The translations under genes were made by a program, and so were the position numbers. Below are positions 1-12,480 of a DNA stretch of 64,000 nucleotides, piece by piece (the first letter of the stretch is position 1; each line of letters opens with the position of its first letter). The notes beneath the pieces were generated by a model. It was not told the DNA's origin, ran no database searches, and was given only the letters and a program-made list of their open reading frames with translations. The stretch comes from Octopus vulgaris (Eukaryota): NCBI GenBank assembly GCA_951406725.2, contig OX597814.1:65782001-65846000 (forward strand), written 5' to 3'.

Positions 1-1179
1 ATATATATATATATATATATATATGCACATATAGAGAGATGCAATACATATATAACTGTATATTTGATCCAAATTAAATGTGTATTTATAATATAAATTA
101 TTGTATATAGTGCTCAGGTGCACCACAACTTGTCAGAAAGTTGTATGTATGCATATATTTATATATATATATGCGTGTATATACACATATCGATCACATA
201 CATTATATATATATAAATATATATGTATATATATGCATATATGTGTGTGTGAGTGTGTAAGTGATTGTGTGTGTATCTGTATAAACACGAATGATTAAAT
301 TTAACTACTCCGCAAGCCCTTCTCGCAACCATCTACTATATTCATGCTCTTTTTACCTCAGTTGTATATACCTCACACTGCCTGACCCAAGAACCATCTC
401 ACTCCCAGTCTAGGTTCTCATTCCAAAGAAAGGTGGAATTTTTAAGGTACAGAGAGAATATAGGAGGTTTTGTGGTTTCTTACATCCTCCCATTTGAAAA
501 TGGCAGTGGGATTCAATCAGAGACGTATGTAAAGAGGAAAATAATAATAAAGAGTGAAAGAAAGCAATAAAAATTGCAAGGAAGACAAAGAGAGTGAATA
601 AAGGTAATGGATCAAGAGAAACTGAGAGAGAGAGAGGAATGGAGGGAGTGTGTGTGTGTGTCTGTGTGTTTGTTTTAAAATAGCAATGAAAAGATTAGGA
701 CAGAAAAACGAAGAGGTCAGTGTGTTTCATCGTAGTGCCTTACTGTCCATATATTCCTCTTTATAATGGAACATTGGTCTTGTCTCATATCAGTTGTTTC
801 TATAAATCAGAGTAATAATTACATTGTATACGACCTGCAGGAAATGTTAGCCAGCACAGTTTGCAGTTTTATACGGAAGATACGTTTAGTAATGTGCACC
901 ACGTGATAGAGATGGAACACATTTCACCATAGTTCTATGTAATCGTTGCTGATTTGAGGATAAACACATTAACGAAGATTAAATGATGTAGAAGACCTAC
1001 TAAAACTGCATACATACACACACACATACACACACAGACATACAGTGAGAGAGGAGGGAGAGAAAGAGAGAGAGAAATAGTAACGGAGATAAACACAGTT
1101 CGTATTACATTTACATGTTGCACAACAATACAGGCTAAAAGTGCAGAATAACATACGAAAATATGCAACTTCCTGACTG

Positions 1180-1660
1180 GACAGGTGTTAGGTAGTAATT
1201 ACAATCATACCCCATACAAAAATTAACCATCACGTTTGTTATTTATCTTGCAGTGAATCACTCGCTATTATTCACCATTATAATACGTCATCACACAGTA
1301 GGTTCTCTGACTTAATCTTCTTATGCAAACATATGTTTTATTCCACATTTTTTCCGCAATTTTCGCTGAATGTAAGTACCAATTTTCCTTATTCTTTTTC
1401 CCTTAACGTACTTTCCTACTCATATACCACCACCCCTAATCCTGCATTCCAAATCACAACTATTCCAATCTTCTCTCGATGAGCGGAACCGAACTTATTG
1501 TGATGACTCCATGTCACTGGTCAACGGTTACATACCCATGTGTTTTTGCACATTTCACTCTTGGGTGCTTGAAACAGCTGTCGAGTTAAGAAATTACGTA
1601 TTTCATTATCTTATTTTCTAATTTTAATTCATATATTTTCGTGCTTCGTGTAAGCAAATT
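1180..1660 (+). mobile_element. Degenerate Penelope-like element 3' end (GIY-YIG C-terminus plus HHR-like motif)
   Basis: Manual translation ..PY/KINHHVCYLSCSESLAIIHH..SRFSDLIFLCKH.. resembles the PLE C-terminal PY..CxLCxxE..II..CxH pattern. It is followed by ctc-TCGATGA(1476)..GAAA-cagctg-TC-gag(1585). Confidence 0.5.
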
Positions 1661-1841
1661 TATATCATTACTACCACCACATCAACTCCATCTGGATTCC
1701 ACTTTGAGATATTCTTGACTGAAAAATGAGGAAGTTAAGTAAGTTTAGATCATTTTGAGAACTACAATGTGTTTTCTATACAGAGCAGGCTCAATTTACA
1801 TCTATTCTGTATGTGTGTGCGTGTATATATATATATATATA

Positions 1842-1875
<34 letters not shown>

Positions 1876-1937
1876 CATACATATGTACATACATACATAC
1901 ATACATACATGCATACATACATACATATATATTTTTT

Positions 1938-2147
1938 GTTTTACTTGTTTTAATCATTTGACTGCGGCCATGCTGGAGCACGCCTTTAGTCGAACAAATC
2001 GACCCCAGGACTTATTTTTTGCAAGCCTAATACTTATTCTGTCGGTCACTTTTGCCGAACCGCTAAGATACGGGGACATAAACACACCAGCATCGGTTGT
2101 CAAGTGATATTGGGGGGACAAACACAGACACACAAACATATACACAC

Positions 2148-2205
<58 letters not shown>

Positions 2206-2369
2206 CTATACGACGGGCTTCTTTCGGTTTCTGTCTACCAAATCCACTCACACGTCTTTGGTCGGCCCTAGGCTATAGTAGAAGACACTTGCCCAAGGAG
2301 CCACGCAGTGGGTCTGAACAGGGAACCATGTGGTTGGTAAGCAAGCTATTTACGACACAGCCACTCCTA
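1938..2369 (-). mobile_element. tRNA-derived SINE family A (CORE-like), full length, with internal (TA)n/(TG)n
   Basis: Reverse strand shows A-box TGGCTGTGTCG, B-box-like TGTTCAGACCC and CORE-like CCTTGGGCAAGTG. More than 10 copies in this window. Confidence 0.85.
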
Positions 2370-2545
2370 TTCATCCAAAGTTATATTTTTCCCATATGAA
2401 AATATAATACTCTGGTCATATGAATTTAATATTTACTTAATATTTACTGAGTATTAATTGAAACAGCTGTTAGGGATGCTGATTAATTTACTGTTAATAA
2501 TATACAATTATTAACTTCCCAATATCCATTTTCTTTTTCTTCTTT

Positions 2546-2640
<95 letters not shown>

Positions 2641-2676
2641 ATATGCACACACACACATATATATACGTATGTATGC

Positions 2677-2726
<50 letters not shown>

Positions 2727-2775
2727 GCATACATACGTACGTACATACATACGTACATACATACATATATTCACT

Positions 2776-2960
2776 AAGGCGGTGAGATTCCAGAATTCCA
2801 AGCCCACCGTGCAAAAGGCTTAGCGTCCTGCTGAGGTTGATATTGCCTTTTCATCCTTACGAAGTCGATAAAATGAGTACCAATTGAACAGTGGGATGGA
2901 GGTGATCGATTTACTCCTCCCTTAAAATTGCTGGCCTTGTACCAAAATTTCAAACCAATA
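2776..2960 (+). mobile_element. SINE family B fragment (Meta-like central domain)
   Basis: gaggttgatattgccttttcatccttacgaagtcgataaaatgagtacc matches the copies at 23609, 28405 and 48765. Confidence 0.65.
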
Positions 2961-3332
2961 TTTCATTAACAGGTTATACTTCAAAGGAAGCAAATGCTCA
3001 AAAGCAGAAGTTTTAGCAAAAAGATTTATAATATATGTTGTCTCTGTACGTGTGAACTTTTGCGTGCATGTGTATACCAAGATTTCTATATCACTTTTTG
3101 TAGGTACTTATCCAGACTGTTGCCATCGTAGCAAAGCTAAAGCACGCAAAACAAAGCCGCTTGGCACAGATTGACCTCGAGCTCTGCTATGCATGCGCAC
3201 TAAGTTTCAACTTTCTAGTTCACTTCCCCTGTTTGCAGGAAGGAAGGTGTGTAGCGTGCATTCGTCACATTGACCATACAGAGAAAGTTCAGCAGACATT
3301 CTGCATCAAATTTCTCTCTCTCTCTTTATATG

Positions 3333-3416
<84 letters not shown>

Positions 3417-3624
3417 GGTTTGAATTATATTTCGTCCTTTAATTTGGATTTCTAATAACGGTTCTTCGTGTTTTGCTGGTAGCTTACAAGCATAAGTTTG
3501 CAAATATAAAAATAATATTAGTATATGATGTGTTATGTGAATTTAGGGAAAGGTATCCCATATAACTCAACAAATTTGTTTAAAGTGGAGAAGAGAAGTT
3601 AAAATTTGAAAGACTTTTAATACA

Positions 3625-3735
3625 TGCATACGACCGTTTCAAACAGCGATAATAAAACATGCAAATTCATTGTAGAATAATTAAATTAATTTGATTAAAT
3701 TAAATTAATTATATATCACTGTTCTCCTCAGTGCA
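3625..3735 (-). ncRNA. Type I hammerhead ribozyme with long helix II
   Basis: Reverse complement: tgca-CTGAGGA-gaacagtgata...tatcgctgttt-GAAA-cggtcg-TA-tgca. All three helices pair; predicted cleavage after GUA. Confidence 0.75.
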
Positions 3736-4912
3736 AGAAGTATAAGCAAAATATTATTATTACAGGAAACTTGATACAGGAAATAGCAAAGAATAATTTC
3801 GGATATACATAGTTATCCTTATGAAAATTACGAGCATCATGATAAAGAATGTGAGTCTACTTATGTATAAACCAAAACTAAGGCAACTAAGGGTTATCTG
3901 AAAATATAAGTGAAAAAGGTTTTATGAGACGTTCCCTCTATAGAAGACTAAGGAGGTAAGTAATTCAAACTCCAAATAAGTCATGTATGAAGGGAAGATT
4001 TATAAAAATGTCCAATGGAAAATTATAGTTATGTTTGAATTAGGATATGACTTGACAGTTATAAGCAATAGGTATGGCATGTATTTAAAAACGTGCGTGA
4101 GAACGAAATTAAACTAGTGAATCTAATATATAGGAGGCTGCTAGAATGCAATGAAATAATTACTAGGGGTAGAAGTGCTTAAAGAGCTAGGTAAAAGTGG
4201 GTTCTGTTAGTGTAAGAACTAATATTCATTTGTATGTTTTTAATATAAGGTAAAAACAATACAAAATAAGAAATTAGTTGTTAATATTACAGATTTAGAT
4301 AGTAAATACTTGCTGTGGCTATAAACATGAAAAAGTACGTTCAGAGGTTTAATTCGATGTAGTAAATTGAAAATAACAATGTAGAGGAGATAATATATCT
4401 GGGAAAAGAAGGGTAGAAAAACTTTCTATTATAAGTATCGCTATGAAATACATTGACTATGTTTAGGTATAAATAGAAGTATGAGTTAAGAAGCTAGCTC
4501 GGCATAAGGTGAGAGAGAAGTATATAGTAATATTATGTAAGTAATAATTATTCAAGTAATAGGTTATTGTGCATTATGAATATAAGAAAACAAAATGTTT
4601 TATGAGTAGTAGGTGCACATAAGTATACAGAATATACAAAATAATTCATACATAATGTCATATAAAACAATGTTATAAGGGAAAAAAATTAGTGTATACT
4701 AATACATTAGTAAAGGACATATCTGCAAAATAGAATACATAGATGTAGGTATTCTAGTTTTACAAGTTGTTTTATTAAAGGGTGTACATGAAGGAAAAAA
4801 CACCGCAAAAAATAAATAATTATACTCGTACCGGTGAAAAGAGAAATAAAAAAGCGAAACGGATATAGTTATAATTATAATTACCCACACATATGAAAAT
4901 GTTATTATATGT

Positions 4913-4975
<63 letters not shown>

Positions 4976-5048
4976 CAACATACTTATATGTACACACGTT
5001 CATATTAAAAATACATATTAGTGGTAACATATAGTTAATAAGCACACA

Positions 5049-5105
<57 letters not shown>

Positions 5106-5358
5106 GATATACACACAATGATAAATAGGATCTATATCTAAAAATGCGCACATTGTTGCAGGCAATTTGGACATCAAGAAGTATTATATGTGTTTGCATA
5201 CATAAGCTGTAAAATATAATTAAATATCAGGTAGATTGGCAAGTAATATAAAACATTATTAATTAAAATAGGTAAGTGGTGTGAGTTTTTGTTAAGTACA
5301 TATTATGCAAATAAAATAAATTATAAAGGAGATAGGTATATTTTATACTAAGGAAAGA

Positions 5359-5704
5359 GTTGAGGCGCAATGGCCCAGTGGTTAGGGGTGCGGACTCGCG
5401 GTCATAGGATTGCGGTTTCGATTCCCAGACCGGGCGTTGTGAGTGTTTATTGAGCGAAAAGACCTAAAAAAGCTCCACAAGGGGATGGTGGTGATCCCTG
5501 CTGTACTCTTTCACCACAACTTTCTCTCACTCTTACTTCCTGTTTCTGTTGTACCTGTATTTCAAGGGGCCGGCCTTGTCACTCTCTGTGTCACTGTGTA
5601 TATTCAGTGCTCAGCCATTTACACGTTAATTTCACGAGCAGGCTGTTCCGTTGATTCGGATAAACCGGAACCCTCATCGTCGTAACCGACGGAGTGCTTC
5701 CCCT
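5359..5704 (+). mobile_element. tRNA-derived SINE family C with 13-bp target-site duplication, nested in the PLE
   Basis: A-box TGGCCCAGTGG and B-box GTTTCGATTCC. Flanked by identical tactaaggaaaga at 5346-5358 and 5705-5717. Confidence 0.9.
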
Positions 5705-7529
5705 TACTAAGGAAAGATATAAATATATATTGAAAGAAAGGGAGGTGTAGGGAGATTTGGAGAAAAGTTTAGCCCAAGATAAGGTAGGTCATGTAATTAT
5801 TATAGAGGAGAGTTGAATAATGAATATATATACCAATATAGTGTAAGATAAAGTGATGTGCGGAGGATGTGATGATTAATAATCGAATTCCATAGAAAGA
5901 GTTAATATATAGAGATACTTTTAAAAAGATAGAGATATTAGGAAAAAAGGAAATGTTATTAAAAAAGTAAAGTAAGGGGCGAGTATTATTTAAAATTAAT
6001 AAAAATGAATTTGGTCCTGTGTTTACGAGAAAATACTTTTTCATCCCTGGAGTTAACTAAATGCCCATTAATTCTCATTATATCGTAGCTTTTTTCCAAA
6101 CATAACCGACAAATTTTGTTATTGTATCTGTAAGATGGGACAGAAGATAGGAGTTTCCAAGATATTGAGTAATCGATATTGCTTCTTTTGAGTTACCAAA
6201 TGTTTTCAGATAGACCTGTGTTATTCTCTTTTCTAGCATCATTAAAGGAAGGAGTTATGAGTAATAATGGTTGCTTGATATACTACTTCTTTCATTTTAC
6301 AATTTCTATCTACTTCACAAGTATTTGGGTTGCTGCAATCACAAGTTAAATTATTGGGTGATACTATGTTATGTCTACATTTATTAGGGATAATGGAGTT
6401 TGGGTTATTGTCATAATAGTATTTGTTAGTTATAAAATTATTGGAGTTGCTATGTATACTGGATGAAGCTTTTTTAATTATAGAATAGGTCCAGTTTCTT
6501 ATTGTTAAGAGAAGAGATTATTCTAAAAAGGTTTGGAGCGACCGAAAATCCAAATCTGGATTTTTTGTTATTAAATATTTTTGCATATTTGGAGTTTATA
6601 AAGTTTTTATGAATTATATTTCTCATAGATCTAATAAAATTCGATTTTGGTTGTTTGGCAAACGGTATTATGATCCAAGTAGTATCATTGTTGTTTTTCT
6701 TATTAGAGTGATGGGTTATGTTTTGGAGTCATCTATTCTTACACATGGCATTGATTTCTGTTTATTCTATTTTATTTCTATCGATATCAATATGATATCT
6801 GTGGTTATATGTATTGGTTTCATGTTCTCATTTTTATCTATAATTCAGTGTTTTTGGTGTTTGTTGTCAGTATTCTTGTTTTTTATATATTATTATTAGT
6901 GATTTGTGAATTCCAAAAAATAATATTATTTTTTCTTTTAGTAAAGTTTTGGTTATTGTGCTCGTATCAATTAAGTTTATTAGCATGTTTATTGTGGTTG
7001 TTAATTCTGTATCTATCGCTAATGTGTGTTGATGATTATTATTGAGAGTTTTTATTTGTTTGTCGAGGTGTACTAATTCATCAGTTAACTTAGATTCACT
7101 AATATTGTCTATGTTGTTCATATCAAGATAAATTTTGGTATTATTAGTATTGATACTGTCGTTTTTATTGTAATTCAATTCATATTTATATCCTGCCTTC
7201 TTAAATGCTAGATTATCGTAGTATTTATGTTTGTTAAAAATATTTTCGTTAGATGATAATAGATTGATTCTTCTTTCTATGTTAGTGGTCAGGTTTTTTT
7301 ATAATGTTATAAGGATGTTTACTTTGAGCGTTTATGTATGTGATATTGTTATTAGGTTAATGGTAAGGCTGATAGGAGGAAGTATTAAGATTAAAATTAA
7401 CGTCTAGGGAATTCACAGAGTTGTTATCTTTTTCAATAGTAATGGATAGTCTTTGGTTTTTGAAGAAATTGTGTAGTCTTTTTTTGTAGAGTTCGAGTTT
7501 TCTGTTGGAGTTTTTTATATGCATGTATA

Positions 7530-7796
7530 AGGCGTGGTTGTGTGGCAAAAAGCTTGCTTCCTAACTAACATAGATCCGGGTTCACTCCCACTGCGTGGCA
7601 CCTCGGGCAAGTGTCTTCTACTATAGCCTCGGGTCGACTAAAGCCTTGTGAGAGGATTTGGTAGACGGAAACTGAAATAAGCCCGTCGTATCTATTTATA
7701 TATATATGAGTGTATGTGTTATTTGTGTGTTTATGTTTTCCCCACCATTGCTTGACAACCGATGTTGGTGTGTTTACGTCCCCGTAACTTAACGGC
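7530..7796 (+). mobile_element. SINE family A, 3'-truncated
   Basis: tggttgtgtgg..gggttcactccc..cctcgggcaagtgtcttctactatagcc. Confidence 0.85.
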
Positions 7797-8522
7797 TATA
7801 TACCCTATGGCAATATATTAAAACAGCCGAATTTGAAGTAGCATTTACAAAAAGATATGCTCGCAGTGAATAGAAAGTTATAGAAAGTTATAAAACACAG
7901 TGTCCAAAATCGCAAGTAGAAGCAACTTTTGTATTAAATATACCATATTACAATCTTCTTTTACATGTCATAAAAAAATTTTACTTAAGGATTTACTTAC
8001 ATATACAGATATAATTACGCTACAATTCTTGCAATAACGATGTATACGAATGTAGATACATTCATATGTACATATACATACATACAAACATACATATATA
8101 TGTGTGTGTATATATATATACATACATATATGCATATATATATGTATGCACGTATATGTATGTATATATATATATCTATATATATGTACACATGTATTTA
8201 TATACGTGCATATACATACATACATATATATATACGTACATACATACACACACACGCATATATATATATACACATATATATAATCATAAATACATGAATA
8301 CAGGCACATACATTTATAAATATGTGTACATATATTTAAAACCAATAATACATATACATACAGACAATTGATCCATGTACACACGATGATGCATATGTAT
8401 AGGGAAACTATTTGCATATTCAATCATTATATGTGGCGAAACCGCCAGAGGAAATCAATAATTTTTCAAAAATTTGACTTAGTTTTGATTCGATCACCAT
8501 TGGTTGTTACATCACATAACTT

Positions 8523-8610
8523 CAGCAGCAGCGGTGGCAGCAACAGCAGCCGCAGCAGCAGTAGCAGCAGCAGCAGCAGTAGTAATAGTAGTAGTAGTAG
8601 TAGTAGTAGT
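8523..8610. repeat. (AGC)n/(AGT)n compound microsatellite
   Basis: Direct reading. Confidence 0.9.
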
Positions 8611-8920
8611 AACGCAAAAATGTCAGATTTTACTCCACATTTTTGCAAATAGATATTTCGCATGCTCAGTCCAATTAAAATATTCTTGAATGCAAGCGTG
8701 TCTCCACAAATGGGAATTTTAACAGAAATCAATTTGAATGTGGGTTTTGTCTGTGGGGGTGCGAATGTTTGCTTTCTGAATGTGTGTATATGTGTATATA
8801 CATATTTATTTATCTATATATATAAGATATACAGGTGCGTCTACATGTGTGATTGTGTATATCAATGTATGTATGTATATGTATATAATTTATTAATCAG
8901 GCAATGAAGTTTCAATATCC

Positions 8921-8966
<46 letters not shown>

Positions 8967-9016
8967 GAATATATACAGAATATGCGAATATATGTACGAA
9001 TGAATATATGTATATA

Positions 9017-9929
9017 TCAGGTCATCCTACAAGTTCTGTAGGATGACCTGATATCGAACTCCTCCTGGCTTGTTTAAAATTGAATGAAATTTAATAGTAT
9101 TTAGAATGTCAAATGGAATTAAAAATTATTTTTATGCATTTGTGTAATTAAATATTATTTTACAGAATAATATAATCAAAATTTTTTTGACTAAAACCCT
9201 TTCTAACACGGAAGTATCCAAAGAGCATTTGAGGCACATAATGCTTTATGAGTACAAAAAGTGAAACTTATAGGAGAGAATGCTTGAATGAAAGAACTTG
9301 CAGAAGATGGTTTGCAAATTTCAGAAGTGGAGATTTCAGCCTTGAAGATGGAGATCGAACAGGACGTCCAGTTGAGTTTGATGATAAGTTCCTCGAGACA
9401 TTACTTGAAGAAAATTCTGCATTATCAGTTGAAGAATTGACAATAAAGCTTAGTGCATGACGATGAACAACTATTCTGTTCATCGTCATCTTCAACAACT
9501 TGAAACGGTTCCTAAACTTGGAAAATGGGTGCCTCAGGAATTGTCCGAAAGCAATCGCAAATCCCGAGTTGACATCTGCTCTTCACTCCATTTTCACTAA
9601 CTCATTTCTCCCTTTTTGGATAGACTTGTGAATGGTGAAGAAAATTGGATCTTCTATCGAAGACTACCATTTGTTTCGTAGTTTACAGAATTATTTGGGG
9701 GGGGCATAACTTTCGCAAGCCAGGAGTTCGAAACTGACACTTCAGAGTTCCTCGCTTTGAAACCAAAACAAAAGTTTACATTGATGGGATTAAAAAGCTT
9801 GTAAATAGATCGAAAGAAGTCCTAGATAATCAGGGAAAGTACGTTGATGATTAAATTTCAATTAAATGTAACATTTGCGCACTTGTTTTTTTTATTCAAA
9901 ATTCGGACAGAACTTATGGGATGACCTGA
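9017..9929 (+). mobile_element. Mariner transposon, internally deleted, pseudogenised transposase
   Basis: TIRs tcaggtcatcctacaagttctgt / acagaacttatgggatgacctga with TA flanks. Peptides RRWFANFRSGDFSLEDGDRTGRP, KWVPQEL, VNGEENW, DYHLF. Confidence 0.9.
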
Positions 9930-9938
9930 TATGTGCAT

Positions 9939-10019
<81 letters not shown>

Positions 10020-10934
10020 CGTGTTGTTTCATGCTAAGCTTGCTCCTTCCCTCCTTTGGGCATGTAGATATGAAAAGAAAGATTCGACTACCATTTTTAA
10101 GAGACTACATTATGCAGGCTTTCTCGTTGGTTACTAAATACGTACAGATTTGTACTTTTATCGACAAGTATGAAATACAAAATCGATTGAAGACTGAATA
10201 CTTAAATGCATGGAAACTAAATAATTTTCCTTATTTATAACTCATTATGTTATCAATGAGGTATAAATTTTCGTCTTCTTCATCTTGGTATATTAATGGT
10301 ATATATATCCGTAATTTTAGGTTTGGTGATGCAAAAAGAAAAACAGAACTCAGAGCATGAGTATAAGTGCGTTTATTATTAATAATCAACAGAAGTTACA
10401 GATTAACTCAAGATCTGTGAATTTCGAGTGTTGCCCTTTATCAAACTTATTAGGGCCAAGCCTTTGATTTACTCTGCAACTTTTGCTGATTATTAACAAA
10501 AAAATAAACGTATTCTTTTTATTGGTCTTATGTGCACTGAAAAATCTCAGTGCAATGTGCATATATACAATGCCTCACTCTATTTCTTATCTCCACTCAG
10601 TTCATTAGTGCAGGCGTTTGTGTCGACGTATGTGCGAATATGTATGTGTATCACTAATTCTGTCCCTCTTTCCTTATATCATTCTCTCTCCTTCTCTCTC
10701 TCTCTGCCTTTGCCCCCTCTCTCTCTTCTTTCATTTACTTCTTACTTTTATTGTATAACCCCACATCATATCAGCTCCATGAGACGTATGATCAAATATA
10801 TTCCAACAATGACTTGTCTGCTTTGTTTTGACTGATATTTTACTCAAGACCTCATAATCCTTTTGCAAGATGGTGATGCGTTAAGGACACAAGTGTCTGT
10901 GGAATACTCAGCCACTCACACTCTATAATTATTT

Positions 10935-11072
10935 CTCATTTTGGCACAAGGCCAGCGATTATGAGGGCGGGTGTAAGTCGATTGCATCGGCCCCAACGCT
11001 TGACTCGTAATTTATTTTATCGGACTCAAGTGGTTCGATGCATGTTCTTACGATTCTGCTAGTTCGCCACCA
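10935..11072 (-). mobile_element. SINE family B fragment
   Basis: ttttggcacaaggccagc..ctgctagttcgccacc, similar to other family B copies. Confidence 0.55.
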
Positions 11073-11092
11073 CCTTCACACTCTCTATACTC

Positions 11093-11297
11093 GTTTACTC
11101 TTTTATTTGTTTCAGTCATTTGACTGCAGCCATGGTGAAGCACCGCCTTTAGTCGAGCAAATCGACCCCAGGATTTATTCTTTGGAAGCGTAGTATTTAT
11201 TCTATCGGTCTCTTTTGCCAAACCGCTAAGTTACGGGAATGCAAACATATTAACATCGTTTGTCAAGCGATGTTGGGGGACAAACACAGACGCACAA

Positions 11298-11370
<73 letters not shown>

Positions 11371-11541
11371 TAGATAGATAGATACATATATACGACGAGC
11401 TTCTTTCAGTTTCCGTCTACCAAATCCACTCAAAAGGCTTTGGTCGGCCCGAGGCTATAGTAGAAGACACTTGCCCAAGGTGCCACGCAGTGGGAATGAA
11501 CCCGGAACCATGTGGCTGGTAAGCAAGCTACTTACCACACT
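11093..11541 (-). mobile_element. SINE family A, full length
   Basis: Colinear with 1938-2369 and 37693-38100. Confidence 0.9.
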
Positions 11542-11853
11542 GTGCAATATAGTGTGCATATAGTCCTGTTGATCTAAAAACCGGACGATTCATAGTCAAA
11601 AGCATCTCGAGATCCCCTTATATGTACTCGCCTAGGACCCCTTTTATGTGTAAATCTGACCGAATTTTTCTTTTTAGAGTTTGGCGAAACTACATAATTA
11701 AACCAATTAACAGGAGGAATATGACCGTCACGGTTAATATCCAGTACTTTTCGCTTACTCCACTACGATTGCTTTTTCTGACGAGCAAGTACGTTTATTC
11801 ATTCATTCATTCATACATACATACATACATACATACATACATACATACATACA

Positions 11854-11887
<34 letters not shown>

Positions 11888-11889
11888 CA

Positions 11890-12480
11890 ATGTAAGCACA
11901 ACAAACCTGATATAATGATTTGGGATAGAGAAGAGAAACTGCACAGTTGTGGAAATTAGCTGCCCATCTTCATGAAGCTGAAGTTCAGTGAAAAAGGGAA
12001 TACCTACGCTGAACTATTGAGAAATCTGCAGTTACTCTATCCAGATCCAGATTACAAGTTCAGGTTTATACCTGTAATTATTGGGGCACTGGGATATGAA
12101 ACATACTGCCTAAATACTAATCATGATAAATTAGGCTTCTCAAAACCAGAAAGGAGAAAGCTGGTTCGAAGACTACGGATCCAATCGATCACTGGAACTG
12201 TAAAAATCTGTAAACTTTTCCAGTGGTTTATCACTTAGATATATATGACCATGTCTAGATATGCAACTATATCCATGAGAATACATGCAAAATACAAAAC
12301 ATACAAAACTGCACATATACACACAGACATAATACATACATACATACATACATACATACATACATACATACATACCCTGTTGTTGCTGTTAAAATTTCAA
12401 TGAAGGAGCTTTGGATCTAGGTTAGAAACCAGATCTGTCTCTATTGGCAAGAAATCTTGATATAAAACTGAGTAATGACA
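11890..12480 (+). mobile_element. 3' fragment of a restriction-like-endonuclease non-LTR retrotransposon (R4/Dong-like)
   Basis: CKHNKPDIMIWDREEK..VVEISCP..KGNTYAELLRNLQLLYP..FIPVIIGALG is a PD-(D/E)xK RLE with the IIGALG motif. Embedded in (TACA)n. Confidence 0.75.

Larger units (their letters stand above)
3540..7526 (-). mobile_element. Penelope-like retroelement remnant (RT thumb, linker, GIY-YIG, long 3' region, terminal HHR), 5'-truncated and degenerate
   Basis: Minus strand gives SITIEKDNNSVNSLDVNFNLNTSSYQPYH..YINAQSKHP..IERRINLLSSNENIF..AGY (7190-7520) and CDCSNPNTCEVDRNCKMKEVVYQATII (~6260-6345). HHR at 3625-3735. Confidence 0.8.

Noticed and set aside
2390-2480. HHR-like ccc-ATATGA..GAAACAGCTGTT-aggg
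   Set aside because: Core too degenerate to call; probably a dead PLE terminus.
5362-5435. tRNA gene
   Set aside because: A/B boxes are present, but this is a SINE head followed by a SINE body and TSD, with no clean acceptor stem or terminator.
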